Positions 37,601 through 55,527 of a stretch of DNA of 64,000 nucleotides are shown in pieces. A program made the translations under genes and the position numbers. The stretch covers positions 481,805-545,804 of the forward strand of contig CAJNOF010000042.1 of NCBI GenBank assembly GCA_905250055.1, read 5' to 3'. Within the stretch, counting starts at the first letter, position 1. The number at the start of each line of letters is the position of its first letter. A model generated the notes under the pieces. That model saw nothing but the letters and a program-made list of their open reading frames with translations, did not search any database and was not told where the DNA came from. This DNA comes from Rotaria sp. (Eukaryota).

Positions 37601-37920
37601 TTCTTCTCTAATTCATGGAGTTAAAGATAAACAAATATTTTTTAAATCACTTCCAAATAAAATACCTAAACAAAATTCTCTACATGTAATGGTATCAAAA
37701 AAAAGTGTTTCAAAAACAATTAAATTAAAACATAATCCATATGATGGTCTTGATGAAAATACTCTTTTAAATTTTTGTATAAATTATGTGGAAAATAGTA
37801 AATATAAACGATTTCTTGTTTTCAAATAAAATACAAACAATACATCTATTTTTTTTTGATATATTTTAGGTGATAATCCACATAATCATAAAAATGACCG
37901 ATACAAAATTTCAATGCAAA
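34607..37920 (+). CDS. Unidentified conserved-looking multi-exon gene (about 8 exons)
   Basis: The exons chain with GT-AG boundaries in consistent phase. They begin MTALDYCRWMLTKLNLAITALEPVLVNL|D|SYLKTLEIPSPEDIHITAQEPLQILSNLFQMSINILPSFRQ...ERTIGG|APSEQNECHLNGEIQAIIPSNLPRFF...KNKWCPAIHGRSGKQRHYIGIK|. Further exons fall at 35460-35668 (...CPITEDEYRRCQKK), 35740-36006 (...LLKLCKLRIRLCRRTDENTLEYISNFIDTEWIEE), 37397-37510 (GKGNEPLAIDPSKVTPKYLCKCGNEIIKVPLNTDSEKN) and 37568-37830 (FVVRLNNAELDSSLIHGVKDKQIFFKSLPNKIPKQNSLHVMVSKK...RFLVFK*). I could not assign a family. Confidence 0.4.
36640..37260. mobile_element. Foldback / MITE-like element with near-perfect about 300-bp inverted arms inside an intron of the 34607 gene
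   Basis: 36640-36925 (cgagggaagctccccaactgacggacgccgttcaactccgtattatggctacaaggtaggtctctatgag...) is the near-exact reverse complement of 36950-37260 (...ctcatagatacctaccttgtagccataatatggagttgaacgacgtccgtcagttggggaccttccctcg). The central spacer is short. A possible TAA/TTA flanking duplication sits at accactaa|CGAGGG...CCCTCG|taagat. Confidence 0.6.
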
Positions 37921-39764
37921 AAAATGAAATCAATCGAATCAATACATAACTTTACTTGAAAAAAAAAAATTTTTTTGCTGTTGTTGTATATTTGTCTCAT
38001 GTGAAAATAATATGTTCGTGTTTAGTCTTCTCAATATTAATGATTATTGAATCCGGTGTTTTTATTTTAAGAGCATATAAAACAAAAAGTCTTTTTTAAA
38101 ATATAATATATTTCCTGGATTAAAAAGATGACTCGAAATATACCGAGTAAAATAGCTTCATTGAATCAAGAATAATTGTGACTATTAGAATAAACTTTTG
38201 GTTTTTAAACAAATCAAATACTTATTTAGATTTAATCATATGATATATGAGAGATTTTCAAAAATTCTACTCTTGATGTATATTAAAATATGTAAAGATC
38301 AAAGTGGAACTATTAACATTCATCTAATTTATTTAATATGATGAGCAACATTTGTTGAATTAAAAAATGAATCTAGTAGAGTAAATTTATCGGGCGATAT
38401 TGAAACAATATCATCTTGTTTTACATTTTTATTAATGAATATTCCATGAAAGTTTGTCCTAAAAACTATTATTTAGCAGTTAGATTAGTAACAATATCAG
38501 AAAAGTTCACTAGCCCTCCGTCCTGCTTAAAATGTGTTGAGTTCCTCATCACATTTCTTCTGGTTACTCCAATGACGATGAAATATTTCTAAGTGTATGT
38601 CTTCGTCTTCAGTTGACTTTACGCTGGTTTGTAGAACGCGATGAGCTGATTTCGATGACAAAAAAAGCGTTCTTCTCCGTAGATTATTATTTCGGAAATT
38701 TTAATTTTTATGCTAGTGTTGCTCTTACCATTGAGAATTTTAACATAGAATGCGTCTTAATGGACGGTACAAATCAATACAATCAACATAAATAGAAATC
38801 ATAACATCGTCTATACTTTTCAATACCATTAATATGATAGCTGTACGGAATTGAATGACACACATAGTTACGATTTCTATTTATGTTGATGGGTCAAGTC
38901 AATTAAGACGCTTGTAGCATTGAAGTTTTCAATATTGACAACAAAACTAACATCTTTCAGTCGTTTTTCTGATATCGATACAGTTAATAACAAAGAACGA
39001 TTTATATCATTGCAATCAGTTTGTTGAGCTCTTTAAACTAGCATGCAGCCAGTATAAAATAAAAACTCACACTTGCGAACCTTCGTTTGTAAGTTAGATG
39101 TTTATTATTATCAATAGAATAGGATTCATTGCTAAAGAACGTCTAAGTGAATGAGGAAAAGTAACAAGCATTTATGAACATTCAAACATTGATTATTTAT
39201 ATTCATTTATTTATTCACTAAGTGTTCAAAAGAAGGTAAAAGAATCAATATAGCCGGACCGTAGAATCACATCCTATATTTCTTACAATAGTACTTAATT
39301 GAATTTCTAAAGAAATCCTAAGAAAACATCTAATCAACTGGATAGAAGTGCACAGAAAGTTCGGTCATAAAAATGCAATTTTTACCTGAATGTCCTTTAC
39401 TTTATGAAGGACTTTATAGACTAAAGAATAGCGACATCTAACATGAACACAAAAAAGAATAGAGGAAATCGCTCATTAAATATGAGATTTTCGTTCATAA
39501 CTCAACTCGTTCTCCATCATCAATTCTTGTCATTTAATTTATTGTTCATTCGCACGTACTACAACGACTCATCGTCACTGAATAGTCATCTTAACCTTTT
39601 TTCGTTCGCGTTAACTGAACAAACAAACCATCTTCAACTCTTATATGTGTGTGTGTGTATCTACCTTTTCTCTTCTTTTTTTCATCATTTTCATCTTGTT
39701 GAATTAGTCGTTAAATTAAATAGGAGTACACAGATATCTTTGTTATCGGTTTCTTTTTTAGACA

Positions 39765-44659
<4,895 letters not shown>

Positions 44660-45585
44660 CTAAATCAAATTCAATTATCTTTCTTTCGTTTGTTTTTTTT
44701 TTTGGTCGATCTCATTTGCTTTTTTTTTTAATGTTTTTCTTTTTTGCTTTTGTAATTTAATTCAAACAAAATCATACTATCGATTATTGATAATAACAAA
44801 CAAATAATAATTTTTGTTTTTTTTTTCATAGTATTAGTTTGTGAAGACAAAAGAAAATTTTCGAAAATAATTCGCAAATGTGCTGATATATATAAAAATT
44901 TAAGTGTTTTTTTTTTATTCAATTAATGTATATTTTTGTTTTTGGCTTTATATGAGATAAATATAATAAGAATTATTTGATTGTATTATTTTATTTTATG
45001 ATAAAATAAAAATTAAAAAAAAAATAATAATCGATTAATGAAGATTAATTGTTTAATCTGTGAAAAAATTTTCATCAAATGTTTTATTTCTTAATTGTTA
45101 TTTTTTGTATTATATTGAAATATTAATGCAATTTTGAAATGAGAAAACGGATTTCTTTATATATTTGCTTTTTGATAAAATAATATTTTCGAAATTAGAT
45201 TTATTGCTTGAAGATAATCTAAAAATGTTTCATTATATAAATTTTACAAAACTGTTGAGAAGATACAGATCTACACTTAAGTACCTTGTATGCTTCGATC
45301 TCTTTTTGCTTGATGAGTATATTTCGAAATCGTAAAATCAGTTCTGTCAATCCGCTCCGAATCATGAAATGGCGTCACATACACTCTATAGAGATTTTCG
45401 TAATACTGCACGAACATCCCTTAGTGATCTTTGATTAATGACTTTATTATCGAAATTGTGAATTTTATCATTTGATGGTACAAAATTGGCTTTCTATATA
45501 CTATACTTCTTGATAATATCAATTCTCTTGAAATAATGAAAGCGGATAATATTTAAAATTCAATTTTAATATTTGTTAATTTCAG

Positions 45586-46454
45586 ATGGCACTTTTATTT
45601 TATCATGATTTCATGTCACAGCCCTGTCGGGCTTTATATATTTTTCTTAAAATGACTGGTATTCCATTTCAAGCAAAAGATATTGCATTAAGAAAAGGTC
45701 AACATATGACTAATGATTATGTTCAAATAAATCCATTTAAAAAAGTACCAGTTATTAATGATTCAGGTTTTATTCTTACTGAAAGGTAATCTCAAAACAA
45801 AAAAACATCAACAAAAAAAAACATTTTTTCTTAAGTGTGGCAATTTTAACATATCTTTGTGATAAGCATAAAAAACATGATTGGTATCCAACAGAATTAC
45901 ATAAACGAGCACGTATTAACGAATATACACATTGGCAACATGCAAATTTACGTGCAAATGGTTCAATGCTTTTTCAAACAAAAGTAAAAAAAAAACAATA
46001 AAAATTATTCATTATATAACAACTCACGACGTTTATTGCTTGTTTTTTTTTAGGTGATTATACCACATATTAAAAAAAAACCACCAACAGATCGTGAATT
46101 AGAAAAATGGTATAAACGATGGGAAGAATCAACCGATGGTCTTGAAAATGTTTGGCTCAATCGATCATCTTATTTAGCTGGTAATCATATAACTATTGCT
46201 GATTTACTTGGTAAAATTCTATTTATTATTATGATTAAATTATATAAATTAGAAATTATATTTGAATAGGTATTTGTGAAATGATGCAACCAATAGCTGC
46301 TGGTTATAATTTGGATACAAATAAATTTCCTCGTGTTCAAGATTGGATGGAACGAATTAAGAAAGAAACTCAACCACATTTCGATGAAGCACATATTATT
46401 TCAATGCGTTTGAGAGAAAAAATTTTACAAGAAGAAAAACAAAAGATTTATTAA
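45586..46454 (+). CDS. Theta-class glutathione S-transferase, 4 exons
   Basis: Exons 45586-45785, 45836-45983, 46054-46210 and 46270-46454. The protein reads MALLFYHDFMSQPCRALYIFLKMTGIPFQAKDIALRKGQHMTNDYVQINPFKKVPVINDSGFILTE|SVAILTYLCDKHKKHDWYPTELHKRARINEYTHWQHANLR...|VIIPHIKKKPP...SSYLAGNHITIADLL|ICEMMQPIAAGYNLDTNKFPRVQDWMERIKKE.... For comparison, GSTT1 reads ESVAILLYLTRKY...WYPQDLQARARVDEYLAWQH. The SxxC(R) region is near the N-terminus. Confidence 0.8.
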
Positions 46455-47996
46455 TAATAAATTTCATATCTATTGATATTCTTTTTTTCTTTCTTTACTT
46501 CATTCTGCTGCAATAGAAAAGTCTTTTCTTTTTACTAAACTTTATAATGAATAAAATAGAGATGATCAATTTCAAAGAAGTTCATTTACAAAAAAAAAAT
46601 ATTATAATTGTGTATTGAACAAAATTGTTTAATATAAGTTTCTATTAAATATAATTGTGATGAGAGACTCGAGGAAATGATCTCATAATCGAGAAAACTT
46701 TTATCATTCATCGATTTCCAAAAACTCACATAAATCTAGTCAACTGTAGAAAAATCTTCTGGTTGAAACATTCTGGAATTAGGAAATTTACATTTATAAT
46801 AAATGATGTATTCATACAATATTGTACTGTAATGGTCATCATCTTTTCCATGTTGAAACTTGTATATTCTTATTTGCTAAATCTTAAAAACAATATTTTT
46901 CAAACAAAAAGAAAAAAAACCAGTATTTATAATTTTTAAATCTATGATAATTTTTAGTTTCATCATTAACAATTTACATGATTTGAAAAAAAAAAAGAAT
47001 ATCTTCAATTGTCTAATATTTAATATTTCAAATACCGATGAAAACTTATCAAATGGATGAAATTGATTACTTTGTACTCTTAAAGATCAATAGTAAATTC
47101 TATAATTATACAGGCCTTTTAATGATATGCATGGCTTTTGTATTCGTTATTTTTCAATACTTTTTAGTTGACACATCTTCTCTTTTCTCTCACTCATCTT
47201 GTTTATACGATAGATCGACAGGCGATAGACATAATTACAATTTGATTCGTTCGATAGTTATATTTAGTATATATGGAAGCATTTATATATATATGTCCAA
47301 TGTTAGAAAGAGACATAAATATTAATTGTTGGCGAACATATGTCATAACGGAAAAGTTTTTTTTTTTTTTTTTTGAAAAAAAAATCTTCAAGGCTTGATT
47401 GATGATTATTAACATTAGAAAAGATTGTACATTTGCATAATCAGAAGCCACTAAAAGCTTATCGTTTTCTTTCTCGAGAAGGGATGTTTTTTTTTTTTTT
47501 CTTATTTGGAACGAATAAGAATTCTCTAACAATCTAACCAATGAAAAATTGATCCGTTCTGTAGATTTTTCTATGACGAGAGAAGAAAAACAAGAAAAAA
47601 AAAAAAAAAAGAAAGAACATTCTACAAATTAAAGAAAAAAAGGTGCGTAGGAGAAAGCAACAAAAAAAAAGAAAGAACAAATCAAATTATCTATCGAAAA
47701 GAACGATTCACATATACATACATACATACAGACAGTCAGACAAACATATATAGTCCAAAGAGCCTAACACATCAACAAGAAAAAAAATATTTGATTAATT
47801 GTTCGAACGGAAAATATAATCATATATATATTTTTCTTTTTTACTTTCTCATCATACAAATATTAAAAACTAATAATATATTAGTTAAAAGGAAAAGACA
47901 AGACAATAATTTGATTTGTGGTGAGTAGGTTTATCATTATTTTGAGATTATTCAAAAACAATTTTGTTTTTTTTTTTTTCTTTTAATATTCTAAGT

Positions 47997-50536
47997 ATGT
48001 TATTACCACCTTGTTGGACATTATCATCAACATCTATTGAAAATTCATCATCATTTAATGATATTATGTTATCAACAGCAACAACATCGAATCAACATCA
48101 ACCAAATTTTTGGTTTACTGGTAATCATTTACCATCATTTTTTTCATCACCATCATCAACAACAATAGGAAATGGTGGTGGTAGTGGAGGAATAGATAAA
48201 TATTCTTATATACCACAAACAACAACAAATAAAATTTTATTTGATACAAATCCATGTAGTTCAAATTCAACAAGTTCACCACCATTATCAAATGATTTTT
48301 TATTAACACGTTCAAATCCAACAGCAACATTAAATTTAACACAATTTAATTATATTCAACAAAATCATCATCATTTATCATCACATAATTTTCTTCCACG
48401 AGATGATTGGTCACAAATACCAATGACACAAACAACAAATTCTTCAACTTCTGCTATATGGGCAAAGGGTAAGAGAAACAAAAAGAAAAAAACAAATGTT
48501 TCTCTCTTTCTCTCTCTCTCTCTCTTACATCAAAATCATTTATATGCCATCCTATTCTAATATAAAAATAGAAGAGAATGAGGTTGCTCAATACCTCATA
48601 TATATATATATATATACATTCATCCATCCATCTATTCATATTCTATGTCTTAATGGTTATTCGATGATTGGAAGGATGATTTATAATATTTGTCGCCGGC
48701 ACATTACATCTGCTTAAGCTCGTTTTTTATGCAATACAAAAAAAATCATGACAATATATTTCCGTTTTTTCATCAAGTGACACTTTCAGCTTCATCTATC
48801 AAGTAACATTTGAATGAATATAGACATCCTATGATTTCCTTTGACCACCCAGAGAGAGAGAGAGAGAGAGAGAGAGGACAATTTGTCATTTTAAAATAGT
48901 ACCAGTACGAATGACCTCTGTTATTTTCCTTGGGCTTTTTTTTTGCGTGACGCTTATATACATATCATTCTTATTGCTCAATTGATTTGTTGACACATTA
49001 TTATTGGTTAAACTTCGATTTCTTCCCTATTAAACACCTTATATATATGATACACATATGTATAAGTGTCGTTTTAATGAGATCAACACATATTTAATGA
49101 GTAACAAATGACAAGTTTCTTTTTTTTTGCGTACGAATCAATAAGACATAATATTCGTGATCGGAAGAGCGAAAAAAAAAAACAAAACAAAAATAAGATA
49201 AATTAATTGAAACGAGTCTAGAAGGTGAAAGCAATGAGCCGAAACATCTTGTGAGAAAAAAAAAAAAAAAACAAGTACGCATACAAATCATATTGTGTCA
49301 TATTGAGAATATGTCGGCTTTATTCTTAAAAGAGAATTTATCTTTCAATAGATATTCGTCAATGAACCATCATAGCATATAAAAAAAGAAGAATTGATCT
49401 ACTTGTTCGAATACATCATTAGATTTATTAAAAAATACGCTTCATTGCATGTCTATATAATATATTCGATACAAAAATAATTTAATATTATCGAAGGTAA
49501 ATGACTATTATATAGCGCGACATATACACCATTAAAATAAAGGAGAAAAATGCACGACATCATTTTAATTCGTAAGGTATATTTATACACTAAATAAATA
49601 GCAAAAGTGCAAAAAAGAAACAACAAGGATACTATATGAATATAATCTATGATGATAAAAAAAAAAAAGAAACTTCTCCACTATTATAATATCTAATTGA
49701 TAATCATATATATATATATATGATGATCGATTGAAAAATGATTTTGCCGGTATACCATGAAATTGTCATCAAACACATATACTCAAAAGTGCATCCACTC
49801 GAAAAGTAAGATCGATGTTTATGAATGCACATATGAGAGACAATGCCATCATCAATGTGTAAATGTGCACATGTCATTCTTTTGACTTTTTTTTTTTGAT
49901 CTTATTCTCAAGTATGTTTACAGTATACATATGTATTGAGAGAGAGAAAGAAAGATATTAATAAAGCGTAAATTCTGATTGCTCTTTTTTTTGTTTTTAT
50001 AATAAACAAATAATTTCTGATTGATAAATTTTTAGGTGGTGTTCCAATTGATAATTCTCAAATAACACATTATTCTGATATTGTTAATGGTAATGAATCA
50101 ATAAAAGATGTTAAACGTAAAAGTAGTCGACCAACATTTACTGGTCATCAAATATTTGCATTAGAAAAAATGTTTGAAAATACAAAATATTTAGCTGGAA
50201 CAGAACGTTCAAGACTTGCATCACAATTAGCTATGAGTGAAGCACAAGTTAAAGTAAAAAAAAAAGATCGTTTTTTTTTTGTTTCTTTTGTATTGAAAAA
50301 AAAAACAAATATTAGAAAGTAAATTTTGTTTTCTTTTTTTTGTAGGTTTGGTTTCAAAATAGGTAGGATTATATTCAAATTGATTTTTTTTTATTATTGA
50401 ATATTTTTATAGACGTACAAAATGGCGAAAAAAACATGCTGCTGAAATTCATGGAAGTGGAACTGGTAGTAAAAAAACAAAACAACGAAATGATGGATCA
50501 ATACCTAATATTGAATCGGATTCGAGTTTAACTTAA
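47997..50536 (+). CDS. nkx6: NK6-class homeobox transcription factor, 4 exons including a 17-nt micro-exon
   Basis: Exon 1 is 47997-48468, a Ser/Thr/Asn-rich N-terminus ending ...AIWAK(G), with a phase-1 donor g|gtaaga. Exon 2 is 50036-50253: [72 protein letters not shown]. Exon 3 is 50346-50362: VWFQN(R). Exon 4 is 50413-50536: [40 protein letters not shown]. The homeodomain matches NKX6: [59 protein letters not shown]. Confidence 0.8.
48501..48524. repeat. (CT)n microsatellite in NK6 intron 1
   Basis: ctctctttctctctctctctctct. Confidence 0.8.
48851..48876. repeat. (AG)13 microsatellite in NK6 intron 1
   Basis: agagagagagagagagagagagagag. There is also (TA)n at about 48598-48616 and at 49706-49721, and many A/T homopolymers of 10-16 nt throughout. 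Confidence 0.85.
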
Positions 50537-52207
50537 ATTGTTCATTAATATGTGTTTTTTTTTTGATTTTTAGTGTTTAAGCTATATGTGAACAAAAGAA
50601 AAAGAGATTTATTCTGTACATTTTCTATCTCATTCGCGAAATTAAAATTGTTTTTTTTTTTTTTTTCTTTTTTTGTATGTGCTTGTTTTATATCATTATT
50701 TGAATATGCTAGAAAAAACGAAAAAGATTGTTTCAATTTAAAATTAAACAAATATATCAAGCAGAAATATTACATATTGTATCGGAAGTTGAATAAATAA
50801 ATATTTTGTATTATATTTAATATAGAAATGAATAGTTTATCTAATAAAGAATAGATTGATTAGTTATCGAACATTTATTATACATAGACAAAGTTTAAAT
50901 ATAATTAAACTATTTGATAATTTTTCTATAGTGAAATATCTAATTTTGAATTATATGTTGACTGATGTTCGCTTTTTTTTAATATTCATAATGTATATCT
51001 TAATCGTAATCGTTGATATATTATTTGGATTAAGGTGAATTATTAGGTTGATTGGTTCTGATCAACCAATCATTGATTATTAAGATAAGTTAACGCTTAT
51101 CATCTCTCTTTTCAATTTGATGAATGATGAACGAACTCGAAAGGAGTTGAAATAGGGTAAGACTGATTCGAAAGGTAAACTTTTGTACAAAGGTTTTAAT
51201 CGATTACAACATTTATATAATGTTATATTAATGTTCAAAACTTTTAATTTCTCATTAAAAGAAAATAATCTCAATATTATAATATAGATGTTGTAATCGT
51301 GACCAGATGTTTATATAGGTATGTTAGTTTATTTGTTAAAAACATTCGAAGAATAGTATTTAGTATCCATAGTAGGACATATTATAAATTTAATATAGAA
51401 ATCTTTTTATTTTGTTTAGTTATTTGAGTATCTTTTTAATCTAATCGATCAAAAATTGACGACACTTCTAATATAATTATTTTAAAATCCTTATATAAAC
51501 TAGAAACAAAATTGAAATTAAGATATAACTAGAATTGGAATATCAGAACTATTTTTATTCGATAATATTTTTTTTTAGTTGTTATTTTTGGTAATACTTG
51601 ACATGTCTCAGTAATTTAGTCTATTCATTGATTTTTGTACAATTACATCGCTTGAAATAACGTTTTGTTAAACAAAAAATTCCTATTTTTTGTTTTTTAA
51701 TATGTACATTATTTTGTAGGATACTTTTACAATACTTATCAATAAGATCACAATGACTAAATTTTTCTGTTTTTTTTTTTATTCTACTTGTAGTAAAAAA
51801 AAAACATGTGATTGTATGACTTTATCTCTAGTTAGATCTTAATCTTTGTCCAATCAATACAAAATTGGTACGAAGTACGTTGCATGAATTAAAATGATCA
51901 AATATTTTTTTTTTTTATACGTTAATTAATGAATAGAAATTATTAACAAGTAGTCGAAAAATTAGTTTATACAATAGTCAAAAAAAATTTTCAGAGTCGA
52001 AGTCAAAGAGTTTGATTTCGTAGGATTTAAATCTTAGTATGAATAGTAAACATAATATATCCACCATTTGCTAATAAACTCTTATAATATTAAATGTGTT
52101 TATAGAATCATTTTTTTGTGCTTTTATTTTTCAAGAATAATTTATACATTCTATGTTATAATTGTATAAAGCTATTAATAATTTTTACTAATTACTGTCC
52201 GTTTCTA

Positions 52208-52881
52208 AATATAGTGCGCGCCACTGTTTTTTAAATAACTCAAGAACGCAACGAGCTAGAGACCTGCGGTTTTCATCAATCAATAGATGACATAGGGGAC
52301 GTCTTTTTCTCAAATAATGTATCAGGCGAAATCCTTTTAAAACTACTCATCTTTCAAAAACATGGAAAAGAATGCATGAAAATGACCTGCCATCTAGATG
52401 GAATTTTCATTTTGACCTTTGATTTAGATAGAGGAACTTGAGATCTATAGTTTAAGATACAATGCACTTTCTTACTTTTCCTTATGTTTTCATCGAAATG
52501 TTCCGCTACTATGATAAAAATGCAAAAAACATAGTACAAAAATCAGTAAAATTCCCTATTATTTGCACATGTAAATACATGGTTCCATTTGGTCAACGTT
52601 AGAATGCAATAAGAAAAGTATTTGCATCGTATCTTGAACTGTAGATTTGAAGTTCCTCTATCTAAATCAAAGGTCAAACTGGAAATTTCATCTGGATGGC
52701 AGGTCATATTCATGCATTCTTTTACAAGTTTATCAAGGATGAGTAGTTTTAAAAGAATTTCGCTTGGCACATTAAGTGAGAAAAAGACGTCCCCCTGTCT
52801 CATCTATCGATTGGTGAAAACCGCAGGTGTCTGGCTCGTTGCGTTCTTGAGTTATTTAAAAAATAGTGGCGCACACTATAT
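52208..52881. mobile_element. Foldback element (about 670 bp) with about 300-bp inverted arms
   Basis: 52208-52500 (aatatagtgcgcgccactgttttttaaataactcaagaacgcaacgagctagagacctgcggttttcatcaatcaatagatgacataggggacgtc...) pairs with 52600-52881 (...gacgtccccctgtctcatctatcgattggtgaaaaccgcaggtgtctggctcgttgcgttcttgagttatttaaaaaatagtggcgcacactatatt). ORFs 52354..52539(-) and 52622..52927(+) encode mirror peptides (KSKVKMKIPSRWQVIFMHSF / KSKVKLEISSGWQVIFMHSF), which follows from the symmetry and does not indicate coding. Confidence 0.55.
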
Positions 52882-53149
52882 TTTGAAATGGATAGTAGTA
52901 AATATTATTTTATTAATTAAAATTTGAATAAAACTAATCATTTAATATATGTTAAAAATTTTTTTTGAAATCTTTTAGATAGCAATATTTAAATTTAAAT
53001 GAATAATTGTATTCATTTTTGTCTTTTTTTATTATTTTTTTTTCCGGAAACAAAAAACAAAAGTTTTGTTCTACAATATTTGAGATTATTTTAATAGAAA
53101 TGTTTTTATAAAAATCAAACACAAAACAATATTATTATACATTTATATC

Positions 53150-53647
53150 TTATTCATTTTTTAATAATAATTGAAATTGTTCTTGAGCTTCTTTTATTCG
53201 TTTGATCTTTTCTTGTTTTGTTAAAATAGGCATTGCTCGACGATTAAGAATAAATGTTATAATACTAAATAATATTTCAATTGTAATTAATGTTAAACCA
53301 ATAGCTGAAAGTAAAATTTCTATACGTTGTGTATGTGATTGTAAAACAAGAAAGAATATAAAACCAATAGCAGAAAAAAATCCATATAAAATAAAAATAA
53401 TTATAAGAGTATTGTTTAACATTAAATTTCCTTTGATACCAAAATATTGTCGAAGAAATTCATTTAAACATAACATAAATATCATTGTCATTTCAATACC
53501 AAATGCACTTGTTCCATATGGTATATTATAATATTTAAAAATAAATAAAGGAATTTCAAGAATAAACCAAAATATTGTATAATAAATGTTTATACGTAAA
53601 AGAATCTGAAGAACAGTACTGGATTGATCGGAAACAGTGAGAAACAT
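53150..53647 (-). CDS. TMEM216/TMEM17/TMEM80-family four-pass membrane protein (ciliary transition-zone family)
   Basis: Single ORF with the real ATG at 53647: MFLTVSDQSSTVLQILLRINIYYTIFWFILEIPLFIFKYYNIPYGTSAFGIEMTMIFMLCLNEFLRQYFGIKGNL.... Compare TMEM216: LNGYYSATYFLLELFIFLYKGVLLPYPTANLVLDVVMLLLYLGIEVIRLFFGTKGNL. There are four hydrophobic helices. Confidence 0.6.
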   Translation of the reverse strand: MFLTVSDQSSTVLQILLRINIYYTIFWFILEIPLFIFKYYNIPYGTSAFGIEMTMIFMLCLNEFLRQYFGIKGNLMLNNTLIIIFILYGFFSAIGFIFFLVLQSHTQRIEILLSAIGLTLITIEILFSIITFILNRRAMPILTKQEKIKRIKEAQEQFQLLLKNE

Positions 53648-55527
53648 TGAACTTTTTGTTTTTTTTCTTTCTAAAATATAATTATATATTCATTGTATAA
53701 AAATGATAATAATATCAATTCATAATATTGTCAAAAGCAATGTAACTATTATTATTAATCATAGAAAGATTGTTTTATTCATCATTATTCTCTAGAAATC
53801 ATATATAAATAATATCTGTATTTAACATATTATGAGTTAATGAATATATTCTAGTCAAGTTCATTGGAACTGAAAATGAAAGAAATAATTTCATCGGTTT
53901 CTAAATAAATAAGGTGAAGAGAGGGAATACAAAATTTCAGTAGACTTTTGTTTTTAATTTGTTTATACATGATTTCATAGAGCCCTGCAGGTTGGTTACG
54001 AAGGTATACATTGCATCGTAATAGGATCTCTCTCATTACAAAAAAAACCCAAGAAATCGATAAGGTCAGATGTATGACTAAAAGTTTTTTTTTTTTTTTT
54101 TGAGTTTTCTAATTTAATATGAAAACAACTGAGTAGAAAAATATTGTTTGATTAGAATATTGCATTTATTGAAAAAAAAAATAAAACCAAATGTATTATC
54201 TTATTAGAATCATTAGATTTTGAACTACAAAAGTACGTATTTATTTATTTATTTTTTGATATTTTGTTTTATTTTAGAAACATTGAACATTTTGTTAATC
54301 TTTTGACAAAAGGATAAAAATGATTTTGCATTCATCAGTTTTTGTTTTCATAGTTTAATCAAAAAGCAAAATGAATAATAAATTCATTAACACGATGCTA
54401 GGAACCATAGAATAAAGTTTTACACTTAAGTTTAAAAACAAAACAAAACGAAACAATATCCAGTTTTCTCAACGATGAAAAAAATCAAATAAATAATTTT
54501 GTAGTTCGAAATTTGATGATTTAAAAAAAAATCCCTAAAAAACACATGTTCTAATGTTATCTATTATGAATAAAATTTTATACTTTATTAATCTCAAATT
54601 TAATTGAATAGATACTTTTTTTTTTGTAATTTCTAAATCAATTAAGAATAAAATCTTTTGAAATTTTATGTTCTACATATCTTACATGAATTTTAATTTA
54701 TACTCATTGAAAAATTTTAGAGATTGTAGTAATCTTCAATTCTACTTACGTATAGAATTTCAAATCAGAAAATCTTCTTTTTTTGAAATAAACTAAATAA
54801 CTAGAACTACCATTATAAATTATTCTTCCAAGGTAATGCCTCTTTCGATAAGGATGTTGTAGAACGCCATCTAGTTTGTTCGACTTCTTCTAATTTGTTT
54901 GTTTTTTTTTTGATTTGTTCAGTCAGATGATCAGTATATATTGGAAGCAAGAAAATAATCACTTATATTATATTAATTTAAATTCTTATTCTATATTTAT
55001 ATTATGATTGTTTCCAAAGAAAAAAAAAACAATTCAATGGCAAAATTTAAATATAGAATTAGAAATTAGGAATCATTCAAAAGTGATTTAGTTTTCATTA
55101 TTTTTCTTGAGTTAGTATTATTTATTTCTTATTGTTTGTATTTTGTTTGTCTTATATTAAACAATAATTTAATATTAGGGAAAACTTTTTTTGTTTTCTC
55201 CTAATCAATGATCAAAATGATTACTGTAAGTAAACTATATGTGCGCAAATTTATGATGATTAATTTGCTGATGAATTTCACACATGATTCAAATGAGTAA
55301 TAATTTCTTTTATCTTTTCTAATTGTATGCACGAATAGGGTGGGGCGGAAATTTCTTTTCTACGACATAAGTCAAATAGTTTACTAACCTACGTAGAGAC
55401 TTTGCTTTTATACGCTTACATGTAATTAAATTCTTATATTCATGATTATGAAAAATCTATTTCTGGTCTTGTTCACATGAAATTCCAGATTCAAGAAAAA
55501 AAAAGAAACATTCTATCATTTTCAGCG

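Noticed and set aside
52354-52927. Pair of ORFs encoding near-identical peptides on opposite strands
   Set aside because: This follows directly from the foldback element's arm symmetry and is not evidence of a gene.
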